This document shows positions 36,323 through 48,238 of a stretch of DNA of 64,000 nt, piece after piece. Below the pieces are notes generated by a model. The model saw nothing but the letters and a program-made list of their open reading frames with translations. It was not told where the DNA came from and searched no databases. The first letter of the stretch is position 1. Each line of letters begins with the position of its first letter. The DNA is from Scyliorhinus canicula (Eukaryota), in the NCBI RefSeq assembly GCF_902713615.1, contig NW_024055479.1, positions 372,001 through 436,000 of the forward strand. The letters are read 5' to 3'. Made by a program: the position numbers and the translations under genes.

Positions 36323-37529
36323 CCCGCTGGATTTTTCCAGTTGGTGCTCAGCAGAATGTTGTTTACCGACGAGCAACAGAATAAAAAGGTCAAATCTCCA
36401 CCGTGGTCATCTTGGAATGTTTAAAAACAAACAATTGCCGCTTTACCTTCACTCTTATGGACAGTGGTTGAATGTGAAAATCTCCATGACTATGTTGTGG
36501 CAATATCGGCAACAACACGACAACAATAATAATCATATGGGGTGTGAAGGTGGTGGGCTAGAAATCCAGAGGTTAGGTTGCCAATTCCACCACGGCAGAT
36601 GGTGGGATTCCAATGCATAACATCTGGAATTAAAAGGCCCATCATTGTGGTCAAAACTCTTTTGATGCAATAAAGTCCTGAACGGTCAGAAAATAACGAA
36701 ACATGCCGTCCTTACCTCATGATCTACATGTGACTCCAAGCCCACAGCATTGAATGTCGTGAAATGAGCGAGAAACTCACTCCGCTGTGTAGAAATCACA
36801 TTTAGGATTAGAAACATGAAAATGACTAGATCACTCGGCATCACCCCAGGCGGCAGAAAGAACATTGGCAAACCTTACGCTGCCGGCACTTTCTAACAGT
36901 TGAGGCGTGCACGACAATTGAGAAATCTCTCATAAAGGCCAATGAAGCCACAGGCTGACGCGGTCATACTCACAGAATCATTCTTGACCGATAATGTCTC
37001 GGATACAACAGCCGCCAATGCCAGGGAACCTCTGGTCTCATGGACAGAACAAACAGGCCAGAGGGGGTAGCGCAGCGGTCGATTGGCATGTGACTGTCCC
37101 TTGGGAATCAAAGTGTCTCGGGCAATATAGACCGTGTGGACTCATCCCTGACTCCACGATTCTAGATTCTAGTCCGTCATGTCTCTCCCGATATATTTGT
37201 TCTCAATGACTTGCACAGTGAACAGGTGCGGGGTGGTCACGGTGTTGGGGAGATTCAACAGTCGCTATTTCCGCTCCATCAGTTCCGAGTGCAGCTGAGA
37301 GTCACCGCACACTTCACTCAATATTGAGACTGCGATATCCCCGCCCACAGCTTCCGGTTGCTGCTCTCACTCTGACCCAATTGTGTTACTGGAGAGGTTG
37401 CTGCTGGTGGTTCATTCCTCTCATTGGTCGAATCGGTAGTGCAGTGTGACGGGGATCTGTATTTCTGTCTTATACAGAGGATTGATCTAATTGTAGAGCT
37501 ACAAACTCAAGGAGGATCACGAGGAACCA

Positions 37530-38063
37530 TCTCGCTTCGCTCATCATCGTTATCTCACTTCTCAGGAAGTATTTCCTTCCCAGCAACACTCCATTGTCTT
37601 CCTGACTGCTGTAACCCAGATGTTATTGTTGGTAAAATGACAGAGATTATGTTGTTGATGGTTTTATTGTTTAACATGAGGCTGACTCTGATTGTCATTA
37701 TCGCTGTTACTTCTATTAGAAAGGAGCCATCAGGACACTGTGGAACAAAAGGAATCTGAAATAACGGTTACAGGGGAAAGTGAAGTCACATTAACCTGCA
37801 CCTTGAAAACAAGTTCTCCTAACCCTTATGTGTATTGATACAGTCAGCAGCCCGGGAAAGCTCCAAGCTACATGCTTCGAGTTATTGGGCTGACTGTGCA
37901 AAGGAACACCGAACTCAATGATCGGTTTTCTTCTACGTTTGATGAAAAGAACGAGACTACTGAGCTAACGATCAGTAACACAATGATCTGCGACAGCGCC
38001 GTGTATTTCTGTGCCGTGAAGCCCACACTGCTGCCGAGATATGGTGGAACCCGTACAAGAAAC
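37530..38063 (+). pseudogene. TCR V pseudogene (family C) with RSS
   Basis: Leader ATG and donor are mutated. Trp codon is TGA at 37836-37838. Ends DSAVYFCAVK, then cacactg, 24 nt, acaagaaac. Confidence 0.9.
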
Positions 38064-38224
38064 CCACACTGGCAGTTCCACCCACTGCTCAGCAGGGGGC
38101 GCGTCCTCCTCGATAGTTCAGTTTCCATAGTGACAGTGACACAAATTGTAACAACACACAAAACTAAAAAGCATCAGTAATGAGGCCCACCTGCACAGTT
38201 ATACCAGTTTCCGATTGCAACTCG

Positions 38225-38430
38225 CATTCAGAACATTTAAAAAAAAATTAAAGTACCCAATCATTTTTTCCAATTAAGGGGCAATTTAGCATGGTCAATC
38301 CACCTACCGTGCACATCTTTGGGTTGTGGGGGCGAAACCCACGCAAACATGGGAGAATGTGCAAACTCCACATGGTCAGTGACCCAGAGCCAGGATCGAA
38401 CCTGGGTCCTCGGCGCCATGAGGCATACCA
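38225..38430 (-). mobile_element. V-SINE-like SINE, short-tailed variant
   Basis: Reverse complement of the 27884-28107 type. Confidence 0.8.
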
Positions 38431-39869
38431 CATGTAAGGCTAATGAATCGATCTTCGATACCTTAACTCCTGCTTCTTGTTCATATCTTGGAGTGCAAAC
38501 TCACCCTCTCAGCAAATTATCAGGTGTCACTGAACTACAACAAATACAGCAACTTCGATTCATGTCGAGCTTTTCGCACAATAAACTGTCCCGATGGGTT
38601 TTACAGGAACGATGGACATATTCAGTCATATGATCAAAAGCTTGGTCAACGAGATTGGTTAGAAGGAGAGTCTTAAAGGAACACTGATTGCTCATCCAGA
38701 GTGTACATAATTATGAGAGACATGGATAGAGTAGATGGGAAGAAACTTTCCCCCGTAGTAATGGTGTCAATAACCAGTTGGCACAGATTAAGATTAAGGT
38801 AAGGAGTTGGAGATTTCGAGTGGCTTTGTGGGAGAACGTTTTCACCCAGACGGTGGTGGGAATCTGGAACTCACAGCCTTCATCTCCGATTTTAATCACT
38901 CCGCTATCGCTGGCCGTGCCTTCACCTGCCTGGACACAAAGCTCTGGAATTTCCTCCCTGGACCTCTCCACCCTTCCACTTTGAGTCATAGAGCCAAAGA
39001 GCTTTACAGCGCAAAATTAGGCCCTTTGCGCAGTGTGCATGCGCTGGCCATCAAACACCTTTCTATTCTAATTTAATATTCCAGCAGTTGGTCCATAGCC
39101 TTGCCTGCTATGGCGTTCGAAGTGCTCATCTAAATGCTTCTTCAATGTTGTGAGGTTTTCTGCCTCGATGATCCTTTCACGCATTCAGCCCCAGATTCCC
39201 ATCACCCTCTGAGTCAAAATGGTTTCCTCAAATATCCTCTCAATCCTGCATCTTAACGTTAATCTATTCCCCCTGGTTATTCACCCTTCTACTAAGTGGA
39301 AAAGTTCGTTCCTATCGACCCAATCAACGCCCCTCATTATTTTCAGACATAAACATTAACAATAAGGAAGGCAGTGTCTAAATAGCTGCAATTTAGATTT
39401 CTGGGACTCATTTGTGGCTTGGTCTGTATTTCGGTAAACCCACAATCAACTCAACATCCGTATTGACAAAGAGCCACCGGGATTCCAAACGTTAGCTCCC
39501 TTCTCTCTCCACAGATGCTGCCAGACCTGCTGAAATTGTCCAGTTTTTGAGATTCCAGCAATAATTTACTTTTATTTACATTATCGATCGACAGATCGAT
39601 TTTTATTCAAACCTAAACCCGGCATCCTGTGCTCCCCATGTCACGGACTGATAATGCTGGCAGTGTTGTTAGATGAGTCTCTGCTATTCTACATTTCACG
39701 TGTAAGTAGCGCAGGAATTCTTTGTTCTTTTGGTTTATCGCCAGTCGCTCTTGAGGGGGCAGTTATGCGTCAACCGCAGAGAATTACTCTGGGTCTCTGG
39801 ATTTCTAGTTTAGTGACAATGCCACTTTGCCACCACCTCCCTCTGCTCTATTCTGCATTTCATTACTCA

Positions 39870-40020
39870 CCGGGTGCCGAGGAGTCGGTGTCCCTGGGCT
39901 CAGCTGAGTTAAGGCTTCTGGAAGAACAGTCCGTACTTTCTGGTTATACTAACTCCACATCTGAGATCGTCCCTCTGCTGCTTGGTGGATATTCCGGGAT
40001 TAAGGTTACTGTAAATATCT
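39870..40020 (+). pseudogene. 5' fragment of a family-B-like V
   Basis: ...SAELRLLEEQSVLSGY..., homologous to 47139-47280. Confidence 0.5.
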
Positions 40021-40185
40021 CAGCATGAGAAGCCTCAACATTCTCCAAACTTCTCTATTGTTTATCGGCACAAGGGCGGAAGCACCAAAAGAACGTCCTG
40101 CTAAATCCACCTGACAGCGTTTGAAAAGTGAAAATCAAATTCTTCGCGCAGAAGGGACCTTAGTAGAGCTGTAAATACTCCCTGA

Positions 40186-40224
40186 GGTTTTTGTACGGTG
40201 CTCCAGCTGCTCTCTAACGCTGTG
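40186..40224 (-). other. 23-RSS
   Basis: cacagcg, 23-nt spacer, acaaaaacc. Confidence 0.9.
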
Positions 40225-40718
40225 CCTCACTGCACAGTAATAGACCGCCCCGTCATCCACACTGAGGCCGCTTATATTGAGGGAATCTTTCTGTTTAGAC
40301 TTGTCAGCAACCGCCAGATATCGTCCTGAAAGCTCAACTTTCTTCGACGCTAAGTTGTTAGCGATGATCCACATCGGTTGTTGTACCGGTTTCTGCTGAT
40401 ACCATAGCATGAAGTACATATCCTTGTCTGTATATTCACAATTCAACTGCGCAGAATCCCCTTCTGATGCGGTTATTGTCACCGGTAACTGAGTTACTGG
40501 ATCTGCGTACAGTCCGCCTGTGAAGGGAAAGGATTAAATATCAAGAGCTGCTGTAAATTTGCTTGTATCTGAGTGAGATTGTGAAACCTCCCAATTGCAC
40601 TTCATATAGATATTTTCGATCATAATTATATTGCCATCGCTGTATATTAACATGTTAATCTGCATCGATGTTTATTATCCAGTACTTACCGTGCCACAGC
40701 GCCGCCAGTATTATCAGA

Positions 40719-40912
40719 TGATGTGGAGATGCCGGCGTTGGACTGGGGTGAGCACAGTAAGAAGTCTTACAACACCAGGTTAAAGTCCAACAGGTTTGTT
40801 TCAAACACGAGCTTTCGGAGCACGGCTCACCTGAAGAAGGAGCCGTGCTCCGAAAGCTCGTGTTTGAAACAAACCTGTTGGACTTTAACCTGGTGTTGTA
40901 AGACTTCTTACT
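40719..40912. mobile_element. Palindromic Penelope terminal-repeat insertion
   Basis: Perfect 75-bp inverted repeat at 40754-40828 and 40840-40914. 11-bp TSD gtattatcaga at 40708-40718 and 40913-40923. Confidence 0.9.
40828..40862 (+). ncRNA. Minimal hammerhead ribozyme motif
   Basis: CAC-CTGAAGA-A-GGAGC(cgt)GCTCC-GAAA-GC-TC^GTG. Confidence 0.75.
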
Positions 40913-41280
40913 GTATTATCAGAAACATGCCAGACTGAATCTCTCTTAGAGACTGTGGAGAGAGGGAGCCCGGGCTCTGCTCAGCTCATTGCAAGGGGGA
41001 GGGGTTTGGGAGGAGGGGGAGGGGTGGGGGTTATTGTGACCTCACTGGTCTCCCAGCCATACATGTTTAGAGAAAACATTACGTGGTTTGTGACGCCCGT
41101 GCTTGAATTCGACGCCTTCTGCTGGAAAATTCTGTTGAATCGAATTTTCCTGTTGAGTGGGTTCAGGGTTTGCTGCAAAACATACCAAGATTCAAATGCT
41201 ACCCAGCAATAGAAATTGGAGCTATTTAGATACTGTCTTTGTTACTGTTAATGTTTATGCCAGAAAATTAAGCTAAATCT

Positions 41281-41834
41281 GTGGAAACCATGGTTCAGCA
41301 GGCCATTCAAGGGGAGGAAGTAAATAGGCAAGTTGTAGTTGTAGGGGATTCTATTATCAGAGGGATAGATAGCATCCTTTGTGAGCAGGATAGAGGGTCC
41401 CGCATGGTATGTTGCCTGCCCGGTGCTAGGGTGCGGGGCATCTCTGACCGGCTTGAAAGGATATTGGAGAGGGAGGGGGAGGATCCAGTTGTTGTGGTCC
41501 ATGTCGGTACCAACAACATAGGCAAGTCTAGGAAAGAGGACCTGTTTAGAGATTATAAAGAGCTAGGATTCAAATTAAAAAACTGGTCCTGAAGGGTCAT
41601 AATCTCCGGATTACTGCCCGAGCCACGTGCAAATTGGCATAGGGAGGCAAGAACAAGGGAAGTTAACACGTGGCTGAAAGAGTGGTGTGGGAAAGAGGGG
41701 TTCCTTTTCATGGGACACTGGCATCAGTTTTGGGACAGGGGGGACCTATACCGTTGGGATGGTCTCCACCTGAACCGAGCTGGGACCAGTGTTCTGGCGA
41801 AAAGAGTAAATAGGGTGGTCAATAGGACTTTAAA
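41281..41834 (+). pseudogene. CR1 ORF1 SGNH esterase domain with one internal stop
   Basis: VVVVGDS, PGA, HVGTNN and DGLHLN blocks. TGA at 41590-41592. Confidence 0.85.
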
Positions 41835-41921
41835 CTAGAGATTGGGGGGGGGGGGGCAGTCAGGGAACCAAGAGGTGAAGGAATCAGTGGGAAGCGTAGC
41901 TGTTTAGGATTACAAAAAATC

Positions 41922-44851
41922 ATGAAAAGACAGAGCTCAGGAGAGGTTACGATAGTCCCCATCTCACAAAATATGACACAGTGTATGGAAAGGCTCAGTA
42001 AACCAAGGTCCACCACACTAAGAAAACAAAAAGGGACAGTCAATAGGGAATTAAAGGTGCTATACTTAAATGCCCGCAGTGTACGGAACAAGGTAGATGA
42101 GCTTGTGGCCCAGATTGTGACTGGCAGGTATGATGTGGTAGGCATCACAGAGACGTGGTTGCAGGGGGTTCAGGACTGGCAGTTAAACATCCAGGGATTT
42201 ACAACCTATCGAAAAGACAGAGAGGTGGGTAGAGGGGGCGGGGTTGCCTTGTTAATTAGAAATGAAATTAAATCAATAGCACTAAACGACATAGGGTCAG
42301 ACGATGTGGAGTCTGTGTGGGTAGAGTTGAGGAACCACAAAGGCAAAAAAAAACCATAATGGGAGTTATGTACAGGCCTCCTGACAGTGGTCAGGACCAG
42401 GGGCACAAAATGCACCACGAAATAGAAAGGGCATGTCAGAAAGGCAAGGTCACAGTGATCATGGGGGACTTCAATATGCAGGTGGACTGGGTAAATAATG
42501 TTGCCAGTGGACCCAATGAAAGGGAATTCATTGAATGTTTACAGGATGGCTTTTTGGAACAGCTTGTGATGGAGCCCACGAGGGAACAGGCTATTCTGGA
42601 CTTAGTGTTATGTAATGAGCCAGAATTGATAAAAGATCTTAAAGTAAGGGAACACTTAGGAAGCAGTGATCATAATATGGTAGAATTCAGTCTGCAATTT
42701 GAAAGAAGGAAGGTAGAATCAGATGTAAAGGTTTTACAGTTCAATAAAGGTAATTACAGGCGCATGAGGGAGGAACTGACGAAAATCGACTGGAAGCAGA
42801 GCCTAGTGGGAAAGACAGTAGAACAGCAATGGCAGGAGTTTCTGGGAGTAATTGAGGACACAGTGCAGAGGTTCATCCCAATGAAAAGAAAGGTTATCAG
42901 AGGGAGGATTAGGCAGCCATGGCTGACAAAGGAAGTCAGGGAATGCATCAAGGCAAAAGAGAGAGCCTATAATGTGGCAAAGAGTAGTGGGAAGTCAGAA
43001 GATTGGGAAGGCTACAAAAACAAACAGAGGATAACAAAGAGAGAAATAAGGAAGGAGAGGATCAAATATGAAGGTAGGCTAGCCAGTAACATTAGGAATG
43101 ATAGTAAAAGTTTCTTTAAATACATTAAAAACAAACGGGAGGCAAAAGTAGACATTGGGCCGCTCCAAAATGATGCTGGTAATCTAGCGATGGGAGACAA
43201 GGAAATAGCTGAGGAACTTAATAAGTACTTTGCGTCAGTCTTCACAGTAGAAGACATGAGTAATATCCCAACAATTCAGGAAAGTCAGGGGGCAGAGTTG
43301 AATATGGTTGCCATCACAAAGGAGAAGGTGCTAGAGAAACTAAAAGGTCTGAAAATTGATAAATCTCCGGGCCCAGATGGGCCACATCCTAGAGTTCTAA
43401 AGGAGATAGCTGAAGAAATAGTGGAGGCGTTAGTTATGATCTTTCAAAAGTCACTGGAATCAGGGAAAGTCCCAGAGGATTGGAAAATCGCTGTTGTAAC
43501 CCCCCTGTTCAAGAAGGGAACAAGAAAAAAGATGGAAAATTATAGGCCAATTAGCCTAACCTCGGTTGTTGGCAAAATTCTAGAATCCATCGTTAAGGAT
43601 GAGATTTCTAAATTCTTGGAAGTGCAGGGTCGGATTAGGACAAGTCAGCATGGATTTAGTAAGGGGAGGTCGTGCCTGACAAACCTGTTAGAGTTCTTTG
43701 AAGAGTTAACAAATAGGTTAGACCAAGGAGAGCCAATGGATGTTATCTATCTTGACTTCCAAAAGGCCTTTGACAAGGTGCCTCACGGGAGACTGCTGAG
43801 TAAAATAAGGGCCCATGGTATTCGAGGCAAGGTACTAACATGGATTGACGATTGGCTGTCAGACAGAAGGCAGAGAGTTGGGATAAAAGGTTCTTTTTCG
43901 GAATGGCAACCGGTGACAAGTGGTGTCCCACAGGGTTCAGTGTTGGGGCCACAGCTGTTCTCTTTATATATTAACGATCTAGATGACGGGACTGGGGGCA
44001 TTCTGGCCAAGTTTGCCGATGATACAAAGATAGGTGGAGGGGCAGGTAGTATTGAGGAGGTGGGGAGGCTGCAGAAAGATTTAGACAGTTTAGGAGAATG
44101 GTCCAAGAAGTGGCTGATGAAATTCAACGTGGGCAAGTGCGAGGTCTTGCACTTTGGAAAAAAGAATAGAGGCATGGACTATTTTCTAAAAGGTGACAAA
44201 ATTCATAATGCTAAAGTGCAAAGGGACTTGGGAGTCCTAGTCCAGGATTCTCGAAAGGTAAACTTGCAGGTTGAGTCCGTAATTAAGAAAGCAAATGTAA
44301 TGTTGTCATTTATCTCAAGAGGCTTGGAATATAAAAGCAGGGATGTACTTCTGAGGCTTTATAAAGCACTAGTTAGGCCCCATTTAGAATACTGTGAGCA
44401 ATTTTGGGCCCCACACCTCAGGAAGGACATACTGGCACTGGAGCGGGTCCAGCGGAGATTCATACGGATGATCCCAGGAATGGTAGGCCTAACATACGAT
44501 GAACGTCTGAGGATCGTGGGATTATATTCATTGGAGTTTAGGAGGTTGAGGGGAGATCTAATAGAAACGTACAAGATAATGAATGGCTTGGATAGGATGG
44601 ACGTAGGGAAGTTGTTTCCATTAGCAGGGGAGACTAGGACGCGGGGGCACAGCCTTAGAATAAAAGGGAGTCACTTTAGAACAGAGATGAGGAGAAATTT
44701 CTTCAGCCAGAGAGTGGTAGGTCTGTGGAATTCATTGCCACAGAGGGCGGTGGAGGCCGGGACGTTGAGTGTCTTTAAGACAGAAATGGATAAATTCTTG
44801 ATTTCTCGAGGAATTAAGGGCTATGGGGAGAGAGCGGGTAAATGGAGTTGA
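41922..44851 (+). CDS. CR1 ORF2 (APE endonuclease plus reverse transcriptase), single +1 frameshift
   Basis: YLNARS, GITETW, MGDFN, SDHN, LDFQKAFDKV, QGSVLGP, FADD. Frames join at the A9 run 42345-42353. Confidence 0.95.
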
Positions 44852-45328
44852 AATCAACCATGATTGAATGGTGGAGTGGACTCGATGGGCCGAATGGCCT
44901 TACTTCCGCTCCTATGTCTTATGGTCTTATGGTCTTAAACCATCGCTGGAATCTTCTGTCTGAATCCTGGGTATGTCAAATGTTAAAAGGACAAGACGAC
45001 CGAGCTAACAATCAGGAGCACAATGATTAAAATTAAACTGTTAGCAGATACAATAAGAGAGGGTTACTGAATTAGAGGGGGCTGGGGGAGATAGTTCAGT
45101 TTAATTTCGTTCAGGCGAGTCCAGCGAGTGGAGGAGGATGGACTGGGGAACTGTGTGTGTGTTCGCCATGTTGGCTGGGAATAGTTGTTGGTTGGGGGGG
45201 GGGGGGGGGGGTATTCACTGAGTTATGTTTACAGTTGTAATTGTCGTTCTGAAATCATAAATGCCTTAATAAAATGTTTTTCAAAAACAAGTAAGACGAT
45301 AATTTCCGACCGCGCCGTGTATTTATGT

Positions 45329-45648
45329 GGGCAGCACGGTAGCACAGTGGTTAGCACTGTTGCTTCACAGATCTAAGGTCCCAGGTATGAATCCCGGCTT
45401 CGGTTACTTTTTGTGCGGAGTCTGCACGTTCTCCCCGTATCTGCGTGGGTTTCCTCCGGCTGCTCCGGTTTCCTCCCACAGCCCAAAGATGTGCAAGTTC
45501 GGTGCATTGGCCATGCTAAATGCCCACAAAGGTTGTGTTACGTTTCGGGAATGCGATAGAGGTGTGTGCTTGGGTAGAGTGCTCTTTCCTGGGACCGGTG
45601 CGAACTCGATGGGCCGGTGGCCTGCTTCTACACTGTGGATTCTATGAG
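45329..45648 (+). mobile_element. HE1/V-SINE-like SINE
   Basis: gggcagcacggtagcacagtgg...gtggattctatga. Confidence 0.85.
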
Positions 45649-46134
45649 TCTATGAAATAGGTGCAGGGAGGGTCAGTTCAATCTGGTTCCTTCTCGCTGG
45701 ATGGAAGTGCCTTCCCTCTATTTTGTTCTCAGTGACTCGAGCAATGAGCAGGTGCAGGTTACCCCTCGCTATTTCCGCTCCCTCACTTGCGAATGCAGCT
45801 GACGACCGCCGCACATTTTTTATCAGCTTTGAGTCTGCGGTGTCCCCGGTCATAGTTTCCGTTTGTTGATCCCGCTCTGACAGCGTGGTGATATTCTAAA
45901 CATTGTTGTCACTGGGCGATTCCTGTCATTGGTTTGAGCAGTGGACCTGAATCGGCATTTCTGCTCTGACAGATAATTGCCTGAGAGCAACTAATTCAGG
46001 AACTATCACGGGAACCGCCACTCAGCTCTCCTCAACATCTCACCTCACGGAGGAAACCCCATTCTCCCCGCATTGTGGAACCTGATATTATTGTTAATTG
46101 AATAACAATGATGATGGTGGGGCTGGCCGTTATG

Positions 46135-46305
46135 AAATGAAAATCACTTATTGTCACGAGTAGGCTTCAATGACTGTGGAAAGCCCCTAGTCGCCACATT
46201 CCGGCGCCTGTCCGGGGAGGCTGGTACGGGAATCGAACCGTGTTGCTGGTCTGCTTGGTCTTCTTTAAAAGCCAGCGATTTAGCCCAGTGAGCTAAACCA
46301 GCCCC
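46135..46305 (-). mobile_element. tRNA-derived SINE, family 2
   Basis: Minus strand ggggctggtttagctcactg...ggttcgattcc...gcgactagggg...(tttca)n. Other copies at 55655, 57631 and 59623. Confidence 0.85.
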
Positions 46306-46369
46306 TATGCTGGGTAATATGAGGCTGGTGTTGAATTTTATTTGATTAGTTTTGATTGTTTATGTCAGC

Positions 46370-46700
46370 CTGGAGCCACCAGGACCCTGGGGAACAGCGG
46401 GGAGGCTGAAATCCGGTTGAAGAGACAGTGACGTCACACGACAGTTGCCAGTCGATACAATAGATCCTGACAGATACAGTCAGCATCCGGGTAGCCTGCA
46501 CCGTTCATGTTTCGGCTGTTTGGCGGGAATCTGCAGCAGAAAGGTATAAATTATCTTAATGTGACTAAGATACAGATAAATAACTGTATACAACCAGATA
46601 TTGTTAGCGACCGAGGCACAGCACAGTTGAGCTGTGTGACTGTAGGAACAAGAAGGATCTACAATAGTGTAAACAACTCAACGCAGCAGCAGGTGCGCGG
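46370..46700 (+). pseudogene. Highly degenerate family C V
   Basis: gtcag|cctggagccacc resembles the 35980 exon start, and acagtcagcatccgggtag resembles the 37840 segment. The family C upstream module lies at 45720-45890. Confidence 0.5.
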
Positions 46701-47138
46701 AACTGATGATCAGACGTTTTTTTCATTTCCGCAGAGACGGCCAATCCCCTGATTGCCAGCGACACTCGGGTGAAAGGCAACGTCAGTATTATTGGCCTCT
46801 ATAACAGTGCAGTAAAAATCTAAGGACGATACAAATACAAGGCTGTGGCGTTCCAGGGCCTTCATGACTTGTGGATGTATTCGAGCTCCGGCAGTTTTAT
46901 AGCCCTCACCGTGGGGCTCACCCTTCTGAAGCACGTCCCTTATCTAAGTGACTCTCCAGCAACAGGCAAGAGATGAGTTTTCGATCGAAAAATCGATTTT
47001 ATACTGAAGCCTAAAGCAGATCCCATGGTCCTGCATGATAACAATAATAGTGCTGCTCCGTCAGTCTGTTAAAGTTCTTATTCTGAATTCCATGTGTGAA
47101 ATACAACAGCAGAGATTGACACACTCTTTTGTTACAGG

Positions 47139-47280
47139 AACTAACGGGGTAGACTCAGCGGCCTTGGGCTCATCTGAGTTAACTGTTCTGGAAGAACAAT
47201 CTTTAACTTCCAGCTACATTATCTCCACATCTGAGAGCTGTTATTACCGCTGCTGGTAGCCGGGTATCCCACGTTTTAAT
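47139..47280 (+). pseudogene. 5' fragment of a family-B-like V
   Basis: ttgttacag|GTNGVDSAALGSSELTVLEEQS..., with a TAG at the WY position. Confidence 0.6.
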
Positions 47281-47475
47281 TTACCATGTACATTGCTGCA
47301 TGGAAATGAGTCGCGTATTTTCCCAAACTGCTCATCTGTTCACCCGCAAAAGAGCAGAGGCACCAATATAACTGAATGATGAATAGACCTGACTGTGTTG
47401 CTGAATCCAGGATCAAACAATACCCACAGACAGGAGCAGCAAAGCAGATTTAGTGAAGCTGTGACTACTCGCCGA

Positions 47476-47514
47476 GGTTTTTGTACGGGGCACCAGCTGT
47501 TATCTAACGCTGTG
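47476..47514 (-). other. 23-RSS
   Basis: cacagcg, 23-nt spacer, acaaaaacc. Confidence 0.9.
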
Positions 47515-48020
47515 CCTCACTGCACAGTAATAGACCGCCCCGTCCTCCACACTGAGATCGCTGATATTGAGGTAACCGTTCTGTTTAGACTTGTCAGCAG
47601 CCGCTAGATATCGTCCTGAAACTGCATCATCCTTGAGATCTAATAATTTGCTAATAATCCGGATTGGTGGCTGTGTCGCTTTCTTATGATACCATTGCAT
47701 GTACTGCATATTCGAGTCTGTATATTCACAATCCAGCCGCACCGAAACCCCTTCTGACACGGTTTTTGTCATCGGTGATTGAGTTACTGGATCTGCACTT
47801 CGCCCGCCTGCGAAGGGAAATAAATGAAACATCGATAGGTTAAACATAATTCACCTAAATTTGTTTGTATATCTGTGAGTTTGTGGAAACTCAACTATGT
47901 GGATATTTCTGATCGTTAATTATATTCAATGTAATTGCAATCCAGAAACTGCTAATCTGGCTTGACGACCATTATCCATTACTTACCGTCCAACAGGGCC
48001 GCCAGTATGAACAGAAACAT
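47515..48020 (-). CDS. Intact TCR alpha/delta-type V segment (family A)
   Basis: Leader MFLFILAALLD-G (48020-47987)|gtaagt, 179-nt intron, exon 47807-47515 DPVTQSP...LDC...QWYHK...DGAVYYCAVR. Confidence 0.93.
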
Positions 48021-48220
48021 GTTTGACTGAACCTCTCTGAGTGAATGGGACTGGGATGAGGCAGAGATTGAGAGGAGAGAGGGAACCCGCGCTCTGTTCA
48101 GCTCATTGATCCACCCACACACTGCAGGGGACCAGGCCCATTCTGACATCACTCAGACCACGACGTCTATTGGTTTTGACGGTGCCCTCACGGAACTTCA
48201 TCATCCCCATGTTTGAAGTT

Positions 48221-48238
48221 GGCGCCCTCTGGTGCCGG
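48221..48238 (-). promoter_or_regulatory. CTCF-like motif upstream of a V leader
   Basis: Minus strand ccggcaccagagggcgcc. Confidence 0.65.

Larger units (their letters stand above)
40225..40928 (-). pseudogene. Family A V with an intact V exon and an insertion-disrupted leader
   Basis: Exon 40517-40225 is open (DPVTQLP...LNC...LWYQQ...DGAVYYCAVR). Leader (ATG 40928, donor 40689) is interrupted by insert 40719-40912, giving MFLIIQ*. Confidence 0.9.
41255..44937 (+). mobile_element. Near-complete, young CR1 LINE
   Basis: ORF1 esterase, ORF2 and a (tatggtct)n tail at 44914-44937. Confidence 0.95.

Noticed and set aside
39463-39495. Hammerhead-like motif (also 9120-9155 and 11010-11045)
   Set aside because: Catalytic residues are mutated (G12>C, G5 lost, or GAAA>GGAA), so these were not called as ribozymes.
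47761-47769. Perfect nonamer inside a V exon (possible cryptic RSS)
   Set aside because: No CAC heptamer at 12 or 23 nt; it simply encodes T-K-T in FR1.
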